IMG/VR virus record: IMGVR_UViG_3300036802_000136
Coordinates: 1 to 26,136 of that record
DNA: 26,136 nucleotides
Strand: one strand, 5' to 3'
DNA from: a virus
Taxonomy: Duplodnaviria > Caudoviricetes
This document shows, piece after piece, positions 1 to 8,302 of the stretch (position 1 is its first letter; each line of letters opens with the position of its first letter). The notes below the pieces were generated by a model, which was not told where the DNA came from, ran no database searches, and saw nothing but the letters and a program-made list of their open reading frames with translations. The translations under genes were made by a program, and so were the position numbers.

Positions 1-295
1 CAATTACTGGCTCCACTGAATATGGAATCTGTGGAAAGGTCAGACCAGGCGTGTTGGAAGCCATAATATTTTCTTTTTTACTACGCATATTCCGGCCCCG
101 TACACCTACCTTATCAATGGTCCCTTTGGAACTCTTTCGATTCTCATGACGGATACCTTTAAGGAAGCCATTAGCTTCGTACGCCATATCCGTAAAGGCT
201 TCGACTTCCTCATAATTTAGAGCGTTTTGGTCCATAGGTGTGACGATAGTTGATTTACGAATGCTTGTGCTAGCGATATTACCGTTTGTTCTCAT
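1..295 (-). CDS. Major capsid protein, XkdG-like (5' part only; runs off the window)
   Basis: Not in the ORF track. ATG at 295 with SD GGAGG; reads MRTNGNIASTSIRKSTIVTPMDQNALNYEEVEAFTDMAYEANGFLKGIRH...GTIDKVGVRGR. Lies directly after the XkdF-like gene. Confidence 0.8.
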   Translation of the reverse strand, partial: MRTNGNIASTSIRKSTIVTPMDQNALNYEEVEAFTDMAYEANGFLKGIRHENRKSSKGTIDKVGVRGRNMRSKKENIMASNTPGLTFPQIPYSVEPVI

Positions 296-316
296 GGTTT
301 GCATTCCTCCTTCGAA

Positions 317-1555
317 TTACAAAAAGCGTCCGAAACTTACGGCGCCTTCTGATTTGCTTATTTCTTCTTCATCACCTTGCGCGGAAGCACCACGGCTGTT
401 CTTTACCAGTTGCACATCTGCTGCCAGCGTCTGCATCTGCTCACTTAGTGGTGCCAGAGCTTTTGCTATGGCTTCTGTAACTGCATTCTCCTCTGCGGTC
501 GTAGTTGAAACTGCGCTACCTGCAGGTTGGCCACCTTCGACGCCTTCTTCCTTCTTAAGTTCCGCAATCTCAGACGTTAGGCCTTCCACCTGCTTTGCGA
601 TCGGGGCCAGTGCGGCCGTTACAGCCTTTGCAATATCTTCAGCTTTCAAATCGTCTTCCTCCTCAGGCTCTTCCTCTTCAGGAGCCGTTTTATTTTTCAG
701 TTCGGTCAGTGTGGAAATGGCTTCATCGATATGTTTCAAGTTGTTGGCTGAAATCTTCTTACCGGCTTTAGCAATCGTTGCTGGTGGCGTGCCAATAGCT
801 TTAATGATGTCGTCCTGAATCAGTACACTTTGTGCGATATCCACAAAGTCCTGTAGTGCCTCCCTAATGGTTTCCGTATCGGTTTCCATCCCGCTGTTAT
901 AACTGTCCCAATTAAAAAGAACCGAGTTGAGGGCATCCTGCGCCGCCCAAAATTCTCGGTTCTTCCGGTTCTTATGGTATTTATCAGCGACCGCACCCTT
1001 TTCGATCAGGCCGCCCAGCGCTTTGGCGATTCGACTCAAGATTCCCTTGGATACCTCCTCTTCCTCCTCGATCTCTTCCCGCTTGCCAACGCCCCACATT
1101 GAAAATCCAGTTATCTCGCCTTTCTTTATTGCCTCCCAAGTATCGTCTTCAGTCACTTTCACAGCTGCCACCCAGGAGCCCTTCACTATCTGCTGCTCAC
1201 CAAGCGTCATGTCACAAGGAGCAATGTACGACTCAATGACAAAACCCTTATCTACTTCGAGATCATGCTGCTTGTCGATGTTGTAAGTATGCTGCTTCTC
1301 CATGAAGAGATGAGCTGCCTTCTCGATCTCAACTTCATCCATTTGATCGTCATGTGCGTCTGCCACATCCGGTTGATACACAACGCCTTTGACAATCCGC
1401 TTATCCTCGTCAATCTTGGCGATCTGGACTTGCTTCTGTATAGCGCCGGCTTGATTGGCTTTCTGCGCTTTGATAATTGCAAAAGGTACACCATTGGCAC
1501 CCTTGTCTACCAAGGAGATGTGTGTGATTTTGGCATCTTTCAGTTTATAGCTCAT
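317..1555 (-). CDS. XkdF-like putative prohead serine protease / scaffold protein
   Basis: N-terminal HISLVDKGAN; VKGVVYQPDVADAHDD and IKKGEITGFSMWG motifs; acidic coiled-coil C-terminus; sits before the capsid gene. Confidence 0.88.
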   Translation of the reverse strand: MSYKLKDAKITHISLVDKGANGVPFAIIKAQKANQAGAIQKQVQIAKIDEDKRIVKGVVYQPDVADAHDDQMDEVEIEKAAHLFMEKQHTYNIDKQHDLEVDKGFVIESYIAPCDMTLGEQQIVKGSWVAAVKVTEDDTWEAIKKGEITGFSMWGVGKREEIEEEEEVSKGILSRIAKALGGLIEKGAVADKYHKNRKNREFWAAQDALNSVLFNWDSYNSGMETDTETIREALQDFVDIAQSVLIQDDIIKAIGTPPATIAKAGKKISANNLKHIDEAISTLTELKNKTAPEEEEPEEEDDLKAEDIAKAVTAALAPIAKQVEGLTSEIAELKKEEGVEGGQPAGSAVSTTTAEENAVTEAIAKALAPLSEQMQTLAADVQLVKNSRGASAQGDEEEISKSEGAVSFGRFL

Positions 1556-1761
1556 GTTCTATTCTCACCTCCTTTCAAAGCTTTCATGAATATGGTAAAT
1601 TTATCTTTAGAAATGTGTTGAAGCTAGGACTGCTCCTAGGGTTAGGCATAATTCCTGCGATACTGCTTTGGTGTGGTGCTCTTGTCTCCATTACGGCATT
1701 ACGTTATGCAAGTTACAGACTGATGTCTGAGCCATGCAAAACAAAAAAGGAGGCGATGCCA

Positions 1762-1869
1762 ATGAGAAAACAAACCTCAAAAAAGACACCCCGGAAACTG
1801 TTGGCTTCAGCAATTGAAACGGTTTGGGCCCTTTCCATAAGCTTACTCGCAGGAGTAGCCTTAACTTGA
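1762..1869 (+). CDS. 35-aa basic/hydrophobic peptide, candidate type I toxin-like membrane peptide
   Basis: SD AAAGGAGG 8 nt before ATG at 1762; MRKQTSKKTPRKLLASAIETVWALSISLLAGVALT; followed by its own terminator; antisense to the head operon. Confidence 0.55.
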   Translation: MRKQTSKKTPRKLLASAIETVWALSISLLAGVALT

Positions 1870-1883
1870 ACACATAACATGGT

Positions 1884-1920
1884 AAGATCGTGACTCTAAG
1901 AGCACGATCTTTCTTTGTTT
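1884..1920 (+). terminator. Intrinsic terminator of the small peptide gene
   Basis: Stem AAGATCGTG (1884-1892) / CACGATCTT (1903-1911) followed by TCTTTGTTT. Confidence 0.75.
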
Positions 1921-1924
1921 GAGC

Positions 1925-2755
1925 CTATCCTATGATCGACTGCATCGTGCACCGACAGCTAATAATCTCCTCGGCTCGTCCTGCAGGATCACCTGGAAAC
2001 ATCAGTTTACTTTTACCGACTTCAAAGGGCTTGTCCAGCGGCTGTACCTGGCCGTTGGCCTTACGGTGTGTCTTCCGGGTGCGATCCCCCTTGGAAGACC
2101 TCCACTTCTTACCAGTGACCACCTCGGATTGCTTCCAGCCCTCCATCTTACCTCCGTTGGCCGCTGCCGTGCTCATGGTTCGCGAAACGGTAATGGCCCT
2201 TTCCATATTGAATGGACCAGCATCACCCTTAGCAGCCGACGCGCTGATCTCACGTACCAGCAGTGCCCGCTCGGAAGGTGTCTTCCCCTCTTTGATTGCT
2301 TTTTGAAATGCCCTGGTCATAACATCCTTACTGGTTCCGTTCATATCCGGGACCAGCTTTTTCAGTTTCAAAGCGAACCGGGATGCCGCCTTGTTTTTAG
2401 TGGACCAGGTCTTGTCGGTGTTCAGCACCGTCAGCTCCGATTCGCCGGCCAGGTGATACAGTGGCGTGAAGGCATCATACACCGCCTGCTCGAACTTTAC
2501 CGTAAAGAGATCCCCGCTCTGAACCGACAACAGCACCTTTCCAAGTTCACCGATATCAATTAGCAACTCCTCGCTGAGTTCCAGAATCGCATCATGCAAT
2601 GCCTTCCCTTGCAGCTCAAGGATTTCAACTATTCGGGTTTCACCATGCTTGTACATCTCCTCTAGCACCGTCCGCTCCGCATGGGTCAGTTCCAAGCTAT
2701 CCAGAAACTCTGTATCGTCCGCTTTGGCGATGAGCTCCCAGCAATCCTTACACAT
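1925..2755 (-). CDS. Phage minor head / head morphogenesis protein (SPP1 gp7 / Mu F family)
   Basis: C-terminal RAITVSRT, KKWRSSKGDRTRKTH, FPGDP and CRC motifs; follows the portal gene. Confidence 0.9.
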   Translation of the reverse strand: MCKDCWELIAKADDTEFLDSLELTHAERTVLEEMYKHGETRIVEILELQGKALHDAILELSEELLIDIGELGKVLLSVQSGDLFTVKFEQAVYDAFTPLYHLAGESELTVLNTDKTWSTKNKAASRFALKLKKLVPDMNGTSKDVMTRAFQKAIKEGKTPSERALLVREISASAAKGDAGPFNMERAITVSRTMSTAAANGGKMEGWKQSEVVTGKKWRSSKGDRTRKTHRKANGQVQPLDKPFEVGKSKLMFPGDPAGRAEEIISCRCTMQSIIG

Positions 2756-4226
2756 GGCCGATTACCTCATCATGACTCTGCCGCAACAGACGCTTGGCAA
2801 TGATGGATACTTGCTCCTGCAAATCGTTCACATCAGAGTCAGGTTCAGGCAGGGTTAATGCAGGCTGACTGCCCACAAGCTGCGCGATTGGGGTATCCAG
2901 ATATTCTGCGCTGTATTTGGATTCATCAATAGTTGTGTCCAGCACTTCCTCAGCAATTGGAATCAGATCACGGACCAGCATAATACCTTTATCTGCGATA
3001 AAGTCCAGCAACGCCTTGCGGTCTTCGGGGTCAATGATGCGTGGCCCACGCAGGGTCGCCCGCACGCGAAAGATGCCCATGGCCGGGAATAAGCGTTTAT
3101 TAAAGATCTCATCCATGATCCACTTGCGGTACGGTTCAAAGACCTGCTCCTCTGCAAACCGCAGTGCGGCCTGCGCCGTAGCGCGGTTGTAGTCGGAGCT
3201 CTGGCCAACCAGGATCGGCGGCAGCCGAAACGCGGAAAGGATATCAGCTTTCTTGTCCTTCCCGTATTCCAGGAACAAGGCATCCTGCTGGAGCAAATCA
3301 TTTAGCTTGTCCAGCTTAATAGCTACCTTTTCAACCTTTTCATCTAACGGTCCACCAGTCTCCTCCCCGATAGCTTCCAGGTAGAGTATGCCGCCCTGTG
3401 ACTGCGAACCTTTTACATTCTTCAGCAGCTCCATCGATTGCTTCGTCAGTCGGCCATTGGTCACTGTTAGCAGCATAGAGAGCATTCGACCATTGCTGAA
3501 ATAAGAAACGTTGAGTTCCTCCGCCTCTCGACTACCAACCACTCCTGGTGCATTCCCAAACCAGCGCGGTTCACCATAAGGACCATCGTTACCAAGTTTT
3601 AAGGGAATAATCTGATTGCCTTGACCCTCGGTTCCAAATGGTCGGAACCACACTACAGACTGCCCTCGCTTCATAGCATATTTCCGGGCATAGATATCTT
3701 GGGAGAATTCCTCTACCTTCTTCGATGACCGGATCAGCCGCTTACGCTTGATCGTCACCTTATCGGTTTCTCGAGTGCATCGAACAAACTTTGGATTGAT
3801 TCGATAAAGCGTTGGAAACTCACTGCCGGCGGGCCATGCAATCTCAACATTTGCATTCCCGCTGCTCTCGATGTCCTCAATCAAAGAGCCGATAATCTCA
3901 TCCGGTGTATCCTCCAGGTTACAGGTTTCCAAGAACTTATCAGCCTTGTCCCACTCCTCCTTAGCAGTCTCATCGCTCTCACCGGGGAGGTACTCCAAAG
4001 CAATACCATATCCAGCAATGTTTCGCTTATACGCCTCGATGCACTGCGGAATGATGTTACTGTTCTTAACCAGCAGTTTGCAGGAGGCAGGGTCATTGCC
4101 TGGTGGAAACGGAAGCAGCCCGTGCTGATCGTATAGGTTTTCAAAACTATCCGGTAGCTGTGCGCTCGACGGAATGAGCCTGTCCTCTCCTTTGGATATT
4201 TGAAACCACTGTGCCTCGCCACTCAT
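2748..4226 (-). CDS. Phage portal protein (XkdE/YqbA-like)
   Basis: 492 aa directly after terL; YGEPRW, NVSYFSNG and ILSAFRLPPILVG motifs. Confidence 0.9.
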   Translation of the reverse strand: MSGEAQWFQISKGEDRLIPSSAQLPDSFENLYDQHGLLPFPPGNDPASCKLLVKNSNIIPQCIEAYKRNIAGYGIALEYLPGESDETAKEEWDKADKFLETCNLEDTPDEIIGSLIEDIESSGNANVEIAWPAGSEFPTLYRINPKFVRCTRETDKVTIKRKRLIRSSKKVEEFSQDIYARKYAMKRGQSVVWFRPFGTEGQGNQIIPLKLGNDGPYGEPRWFGNAPGVVGSREAEELNVSYFSNGRMLSMLLTVTNGRLTKQSMELLKNVKGSQSQGGILYLEAIGEETGGPLDEKVEKVAIKLDKLNDLLQQDALFLEYGKDKKADILSAFRLPPILVGQSSDYNRATAQAALRFAEEQVFEPYRKWIMDEIFNKRLFPAMGIFRVRATLRGPRIIDPEDRKALLDFIADKGIMLVRDLIPIAEEVLDTTIDESKYSAEYLDTPIAQLVGSQPALTLPEPDSDVNDLQEQVSIIAKRLLRQSHDEVIGHV

Positions 4227-4229
4227 GCC

Positions 4230-5546
4230 TTACACCCACCCCACATCATGATCAGATCGCTCCTCTCTCTCTTTTTTACGCTGCTTCACACGTTGCAGCA
4301 GATAATCCGTATGGATACCGTACCTACGCGCGTCACAGGTATGGTCGTTTTGCTTAATAGGCTTGTCTTCGCCCCGTTCAGCAGCCTTTTCATCCCATAC
4401 GTAAGACACCAACTCCTGAAGTGAATTGGTGTTATCGGCACAGATATAAAGTTCATTATTCTGAAATCGGTTAGATACCGTCTGAATACCATCTAGTACA
4501 GTATTCACTGCAGCACGGATATTGTTGATTCTCCGCTTCTTCAACTCAATAATAAAAGCCTTTGCTGATGGGTCGATGAAGATTGAATACTCATCGCCAT
4601 CAAGAAAGGCCTCAAGGTCATCCGCATATTCACCATTCGTTTTCTCACCCTTATGGCGGATATTGTGATAATACTCATCCAGCTCATAATAGACATTCCC
4701 GTGGACCCCGTATTTCAGGAATGCTGTCGGGTTATTGGCCCCATAGTCAATACAAATGAATTTGCGATCAAACTTGGCCGGAAACCAGCACCGCGGCTTT
4801 TTATGAATCGCGTCGTTGAACTTGGAGAAGATTACTCCTTCGGCCATAACCCACAGCCCCAGAATGTACCGCTGATAGAATATCCCGCTGTACATGCGCC
4901 GGTACCGCTCACGCACCCGCTCGGAGAGAGACAGGTTATCCTCCATTGTAAAGTGTAGGTGCAGTGCGTGCTTCTTCTGCAACTGGTCCAGCCATTCTTT
5001 TTTGAACCAGTGATACGGTCCCGCAGGGTTACAGTTGAACCAGAGCTTTGCACCATCTACGGAACAACGAGCAGTCGCTTGGTCAACGAAGGACTTCGGC
5101 ATGAGTGCCACTTCATCGAAGAACATCCCGGCCAGCGTAATCCCGGCGATTAAATCCTGTGAGCTTTCGTCTCGTCCACCAAATAAAAAGAACCGGTTGC
5201 TTATTAAGCCCCGGGTCACAGTCAAAACATTTTCAGATCGATTGTCATGAACATGATACCCACGGCTGGCCAGCATGCGCTTCAGCGGTCCGACCACGTT
5301 ACGCCGCAGCGCGCCAATTGTCTTTCCTGACATGCCGAACTGTTCTCCTCGGAAGGTGTCCATTGCCCAGGCTATAAAGGAGAATGACATGCAGACCGTC
5401 TTACCGGCGCGGACCGAACCATCACAGATGATTGCGTCTTTATCGTGGTGTGGGCTTTCAGGTGTCCACCATGTCAGCACTTTAAGCTGCTTATTCGAGA
5501 AAGGGGACCACTTGAACGCCGCTGTTTTGAGTTTAAGCTTCGCCAT
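4230..5546 (-). CDS. Terminase large subunit, PBSX family
   Basis: Walker A GSVRAGKT, Walker B MFFDE, NCNP motif; nuclease domain IDYG ... DHTCDARRY. Confidence 0.96.
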   Translation of the reverse strand: MAKLKLKTAAFKWSPFSNKQLKVLTWWTPESPHHDKDAIICDGSVRAGKTVCMSFSFIAWAMDTFRGEQFGMSGKTIGALRRNVVGPLKRMLASRGYHVHDNRSENVLTVTRGLISNRFFLFGGRDESSQDLIAGITLAGMFFDEVALMPKSFVDQATARCSVDGAKLWFNCNPAGPYHWFKKEWLDQLQKKHALHLHFTMEDNLSLSERVRERYRRMYSGIFYQRYILGLWVMAEGVIFSKFNDAIHKKPRCWFPAKFDRKFICIDYGANNPTAFLKYGVHGNVYYELDEYYHNIRHKGEKTNGEYADDLEAFLDGDEYSIFIDPSAKAFIIELKKRRINNIRAAVNTVLDGIQTVSNRFQNNELYICADNTNSLQELVSYVWDEKAAERGEDKPIKQNDHTCDARRYGIHTDYLLQRVKQRKKEREERSDHDVGWV

Positions 5547-6438
5547 CGTGGCTCCACACCCCCGCTGCCATGCCTTTCAGCGCATCGATAAAACCATCAT
5601 CCTCAAAGGCTTCCTTACCTCCACCACCGCGCAACATTTGCAGCTCATACTCCATGGTTTCGATGCGGATACGCTTTTCGTCGTCAGTTAATCGATTCTT
5701 GAGCTCAATGGCCCTAATCTTCTTATCCTGAATGCGGGTCAGGGCTTCCTCAAGCTTAATAATGTCGTCCAGCTTACGGAAACCCTTCTCTTCGATCTTC
5801 GATTCCATCATTTCATTTCGACTGTGTGGGATCTTCTTCGTAATGCCGGTCTTCTCATCATGGATCTCCGCGACTTCCTTGATGGCCTTCATCTCATAGA
5901 GCACGCTGCGCTCGGTCTCGGATAACCCACCCATCAGGGATTTAATCCGGTGCATCATACGGCGCTCACGAATCGTTAGAAGATAAAGGGATTCATTTGC
6001 CTGGACGATCGGGTCAGTGTCTACCTGATCGATGAGCTGCTGCTCGATTTCGGTTAACGCATCCAACCAAATGGTTTCATGCTCGCCTGTGGTGACTGCC
6101 TTCTTGTTGCCAAGCGGCCCACCGGCACCACCACTGTTTCCCTTCGCGTTTTGATTGCCCGGAGGAGCACCGCCACGATTACCGACTGCGTTTTTGTTCC
6201 CTTTGGGAGCGCCGCGATGTGGAGCGCTCCCTTTCGATTCAATTGGAGCGCTCCCTTTGAATTCAGGTGGAACGTTCCCTTTGAGCTCCTCTTCCCAGCT
6301 GTCCATTGCCTTCCACTTTCGGACTTTGCTGTCCGGAATAGAAAGAGCGGCGGCGATGTCCTTAAGCTTCATCATACCGCTGCTCTCCAGCCACATTTGC
6401 TTTGCCTTGTCCCGCTCAGGACTGCGTTCTCTGGCCAT
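5533..6438 (-). CDS. Terminase small subunit (YqaS-like)
   Basis: N-terminal HTH (LKDIAAALSIPDSKVRKWK) and GAPKGNKNA / GAPPGNQNA repeats; overlaps the terL start. Start moved to ATG 6438 (MARERS), which follows an SD-like GGGGGTGG. Confidence 0.92.
   Translation of the reverse strand: MARERSPERDKAKQMWLESSGMMKLKDIAAALSIPDSKVRKWKAMDSWEEELKGNVPPEFKGSAPIESKGSAPHRGAPKGNKNAVGNRGGAPPGNQNAKGNSGGAGGPLGNKKAVTTGEHETIWLDALTEIEQQLIDQVDTDPIVQANESLYLLTIRERRMMHRIKSLMGGLSETERSVLYEMKAIKEVAEIHDEKTGITKKIPHSRNEMMESKIEEKGFRKLDDIIKLEEALTRIQDKKIRAIELKNRLTDDEKRIRIETMEYELQMLRGGGGKEAFEDDGFIDALKGMAAGVWSHDGEA
6221..6281. repeat. Three palindromic 10-mers at 24-bp period inside terS (candidate pac / TerS-binding site)
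   Basis: GGAGCGCTCC at 6221 and 6245 and GGAACGTTCC at 6269, each followed by CTTT. Confidence 0.6.
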
Positions 6439-6460
6439 GTTACATGTCACCACCCCCAAC

Positions 6461-6487
6461 AAAAAAAGAACGCCCGAGGGCGTTCTT
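6461..6487 (-). terminator. Intrinsic terminator after the HNH gene, just upstream of terS
   Basis: AAGAACGCCC / GGGCGTTCTT stem with an A-run on its left (U-tail on the minus strand). Confidence 0.8.
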
Positions 6488-7472
6488 AATGAGTTACTGT
6501 AAGATTATATTTTCCAGCATGCCATTCAAAATACTTTTTGGTATTCTCATTCCAGTGAAGACTGCTTTGTCCTTCAATCTCAACTATTTTCTCCAAGAGA
6601 TCAGTTGTGACTGGCATACACAGATTTTTGTGAATCACTCCGTCTTTAAGATAGATGTAGCCCTTCTCATAAAGATCATCACAACCAAATTTGCACATCG
6701 GCATAACAATATTCTGATAGTCTAATCTCTCTTCTCGAGAGCATTTCGCTCTCTTCTTAATGTGAGCTGCCACTAACATATTTACAGGATAGTATTTTCC
6801 ACAAATACCGCAGTATCCGGATTTCTTGTTCTTAAAGAGCTGTTTCCGAAGAAATGGCTGCTCTCTTCTTCCTCTACCCGAATGATTGGTATCCAGATCG
6901 CCTTCAATTTCCAAGCCGAGTACCTCTTCGATATATTCCTCTTCCGTTACCTCAGGAAGATAAATCTCACTCTTCAAATCAAAAGCTGTAAGAATCCGTT
7001 CACTACGCTCTTCATTAAGAACCGAGAACCCCTGAATAACAAAATTGTCCGCATATCCAGCAACCTGATTGAACTGAGAATAGGGAATCTGATGCGAAGT
7101 TACTTCATCCAAAAAGTATACATACTCCCAAGTTTGACCCTCTTTATCATAATTCCATAATTGAGCAGCCAGATCCTTATTATGAAGCTTATGTGTTACT
7201 ACTCCAGAACCAAACACATGACCATTGGCGGAAAATAAAGTAACGTCTCCTACTTGAATTCTGCCCCATTTATTTACGTTAACGTCGCCTTTCCCAGGAG
7301 TAACTCCCCAAGTTGGAACACGTCCGTCTGGATAAAGATTCTGAATCAATTCTAAATCCTCAGCTGTTAAATAATCTGCAAGAACCGACATTTGTACTGG
7401 GGATTGTATTGTATTCTCATAATGTTCACGGGCATCTTTGTTTCCAGATGGTTGCAATATGACTTTCTGCAT
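6486..7472 (-). CDS. HNH endonuclease with N-terminal EVE/PUA-like domain; putative modification-dependent restriction enzyme
   Basis: C-terminal CGICG...LVAAHIKKR...N...MCKFGCDDLYE (HNH_2-like). N-terminal WGV...W.RIQVGDVTLF...FGSGVV pattern resembles EVE/PUA readers (judged by eye). Confidence 0.75.
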   Translation of the reverse strand: MQKVILQPSGNKDAREHYENTIQSPVQMSVLADYLTAEDLELIQNLYPDGRVPTWGVTPGKGDVNVNKWGRIQVGDVTLFSANGHVFGSGVVTHKLHNKDLAAQLWNYDKEGQTWEYVYFLDEVTSHQIPYSQFNQVAGYADNFVIQGFSVLNEERSERILTAFDLKSEIYLPEVTEEEYIEEVLGLEIEGDLDTNHSGRGRREQPFLRKQLFKNKKSGYCGICGKYYPVNMLVAAHIKKRAKCSREERLDYQNIVMPMCKFGCDDLYEKGYIYLKDGVIHKNLCMPVTTDLLEKIVEIEGQSSLHWNENTKKYFEWHAGKYNLTVTH

Positions 7473-7481
7473 GAGCTCCTC

Positions 7482-7811
7482 CTACAGTTCGGTGTATTTT
7501 CTGTTGGAACCAAACGCTTTATCAACCGGATACTTTGCCGCATTTTTCTTCAATTTATTAAGTACGGCTTGTTTTGGATCAATTCCAAGATCGTGACACA
7601 TTAGCAAGGCGTAGTACATTACGTCTGCCAACTCATCTTGAATCTCGTCTCTTTTCTGATCTACGGCCTCTTCACTACTTTTCCATTGAAACAGTTCAAG
7701 AAGTTCGCTTGCCTCTAAATTCAATGAAATAGCAAGGTCTTTAGGATTATGGAACTGACTCCAATTCCTTTCGTCTCTAAACGCGACGATTTTATCGATT
7801 AACTCATCCAA
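7482..7811 (-). CDS. MazG-like nucleotide pyrophosphohydrolase (DCTPP1/RS21-C6 type)
   Basis: FRDERNWSQFHNPKDLAISLNLEASELLELFQW, DELADV and KNAAKYP motifs; 9 nt upstream of the HNH gene, which has its own SD. Confidence 0.92.
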   Translation of the reverse strand: MDELIDKIVAFRDERNWSQFHNPKDLAISLNLEASELLELFQWKSSEEAVDQKRDEIQDELADVMYYALLMCHDLGIDPKQAVLNKLKKNAAKYPVDKAFGSNRKYTEL

Positions 7812-7833
7812 TGTTATTCACCTCGTCTCATGT

Positions 7834-7860
7834 TTCGACAAAAAGGAAAGCATTACCTTT
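7834..7860 (-). promoter_or_regulatory. SigmaH-like promoter for the mazG-like/HNH operon
   Basis: Minus strand AAAGG-N16-GTCGAA, 22 nt before the TTG start. Confidence 0.6.
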
Positions 7861-7912
7861 AAATTTTACAAACAATAATAACAGAGAATAGTTTCAATAG
7901 AATTACTATAGA

Positions 7913-8122
7913 TCACAATTCATCCTTCTGTAGCTCAATATCTATTTCAATTAGCTTCTTCAGGTCATCCACCGTCTTAATCTCAATCCGGCCGTCCTGA
8001 AAGTCTTTGACCCATTTAGCTATGCCAGCCTTAACGATCTTCCGGTACTGAGCCTTGCTTTCTAGGATACCAGCCATAACTTCAAGCTCATGCTGCAATA
8101 AAATTTCATCTTGTGTTCCCAT
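7913..8122 (-). CDS. Hypothetical 69-aa phage protein
   Basis: SD GAGGGG before ATG; helical, charged composition; fills the gap between accessory units. Confidence 0.75.
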   Translation of the reverse strand: MGTQDEILLQHELEVMAGILESKAQYRKIVKAGIAKWVKDFQDGRIEIKTVDDLKKLIEIDIELQKDEL

Positions 8123-8155
8123 TTACGTACCCCTCGACTTTCCGTTATGATGGAA

Positions 8156-8257
8156 TGCGAGACAGCGGATGTCTGAGAATGCCACGCGTGGCGCGCCGCT
8201 GTCTCAGCCGGGGGATACCCTGGGTGATGGGGAGGACGTTAGCGCGTCCTCCTTTTA
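8156..8257 (+). ncRNA. Candidate ~100-nt structured small RNA
   Basis: TATGAT -10 box at 8146-8151; 10-bp stem 8159-8168 / 8196-8205; hairpin 8208-8223 with a G-U pair valid on +; terminator GGAGGACG / CGTCCTCC followed by TTTT. Confidence 0.6.
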
Positions 8258-8265
8258 ATTTGATC

Positions 8266-8294
8266 AAAAGAAAAACCGCTCAGACAGAGCGGTT
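8266..8294 (-). terminator. Intrinsic terminator of the 274-aa accessory gene
   Basis: AACCGCTC / GAGCGGTT stem with an A-run on its left. Confidence 0.75.
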
Positions 8295-8302
8295 AGATTT
8301 AT

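Noticed and set aside
1615-1869. 84-aa version of the + strand membrane ORF
   Set aside because: No SD before 1615, whereas a strong AAAGGAGG precedes ATG 1762; the upstream part reads better as a structured leader. Not fully excluded.
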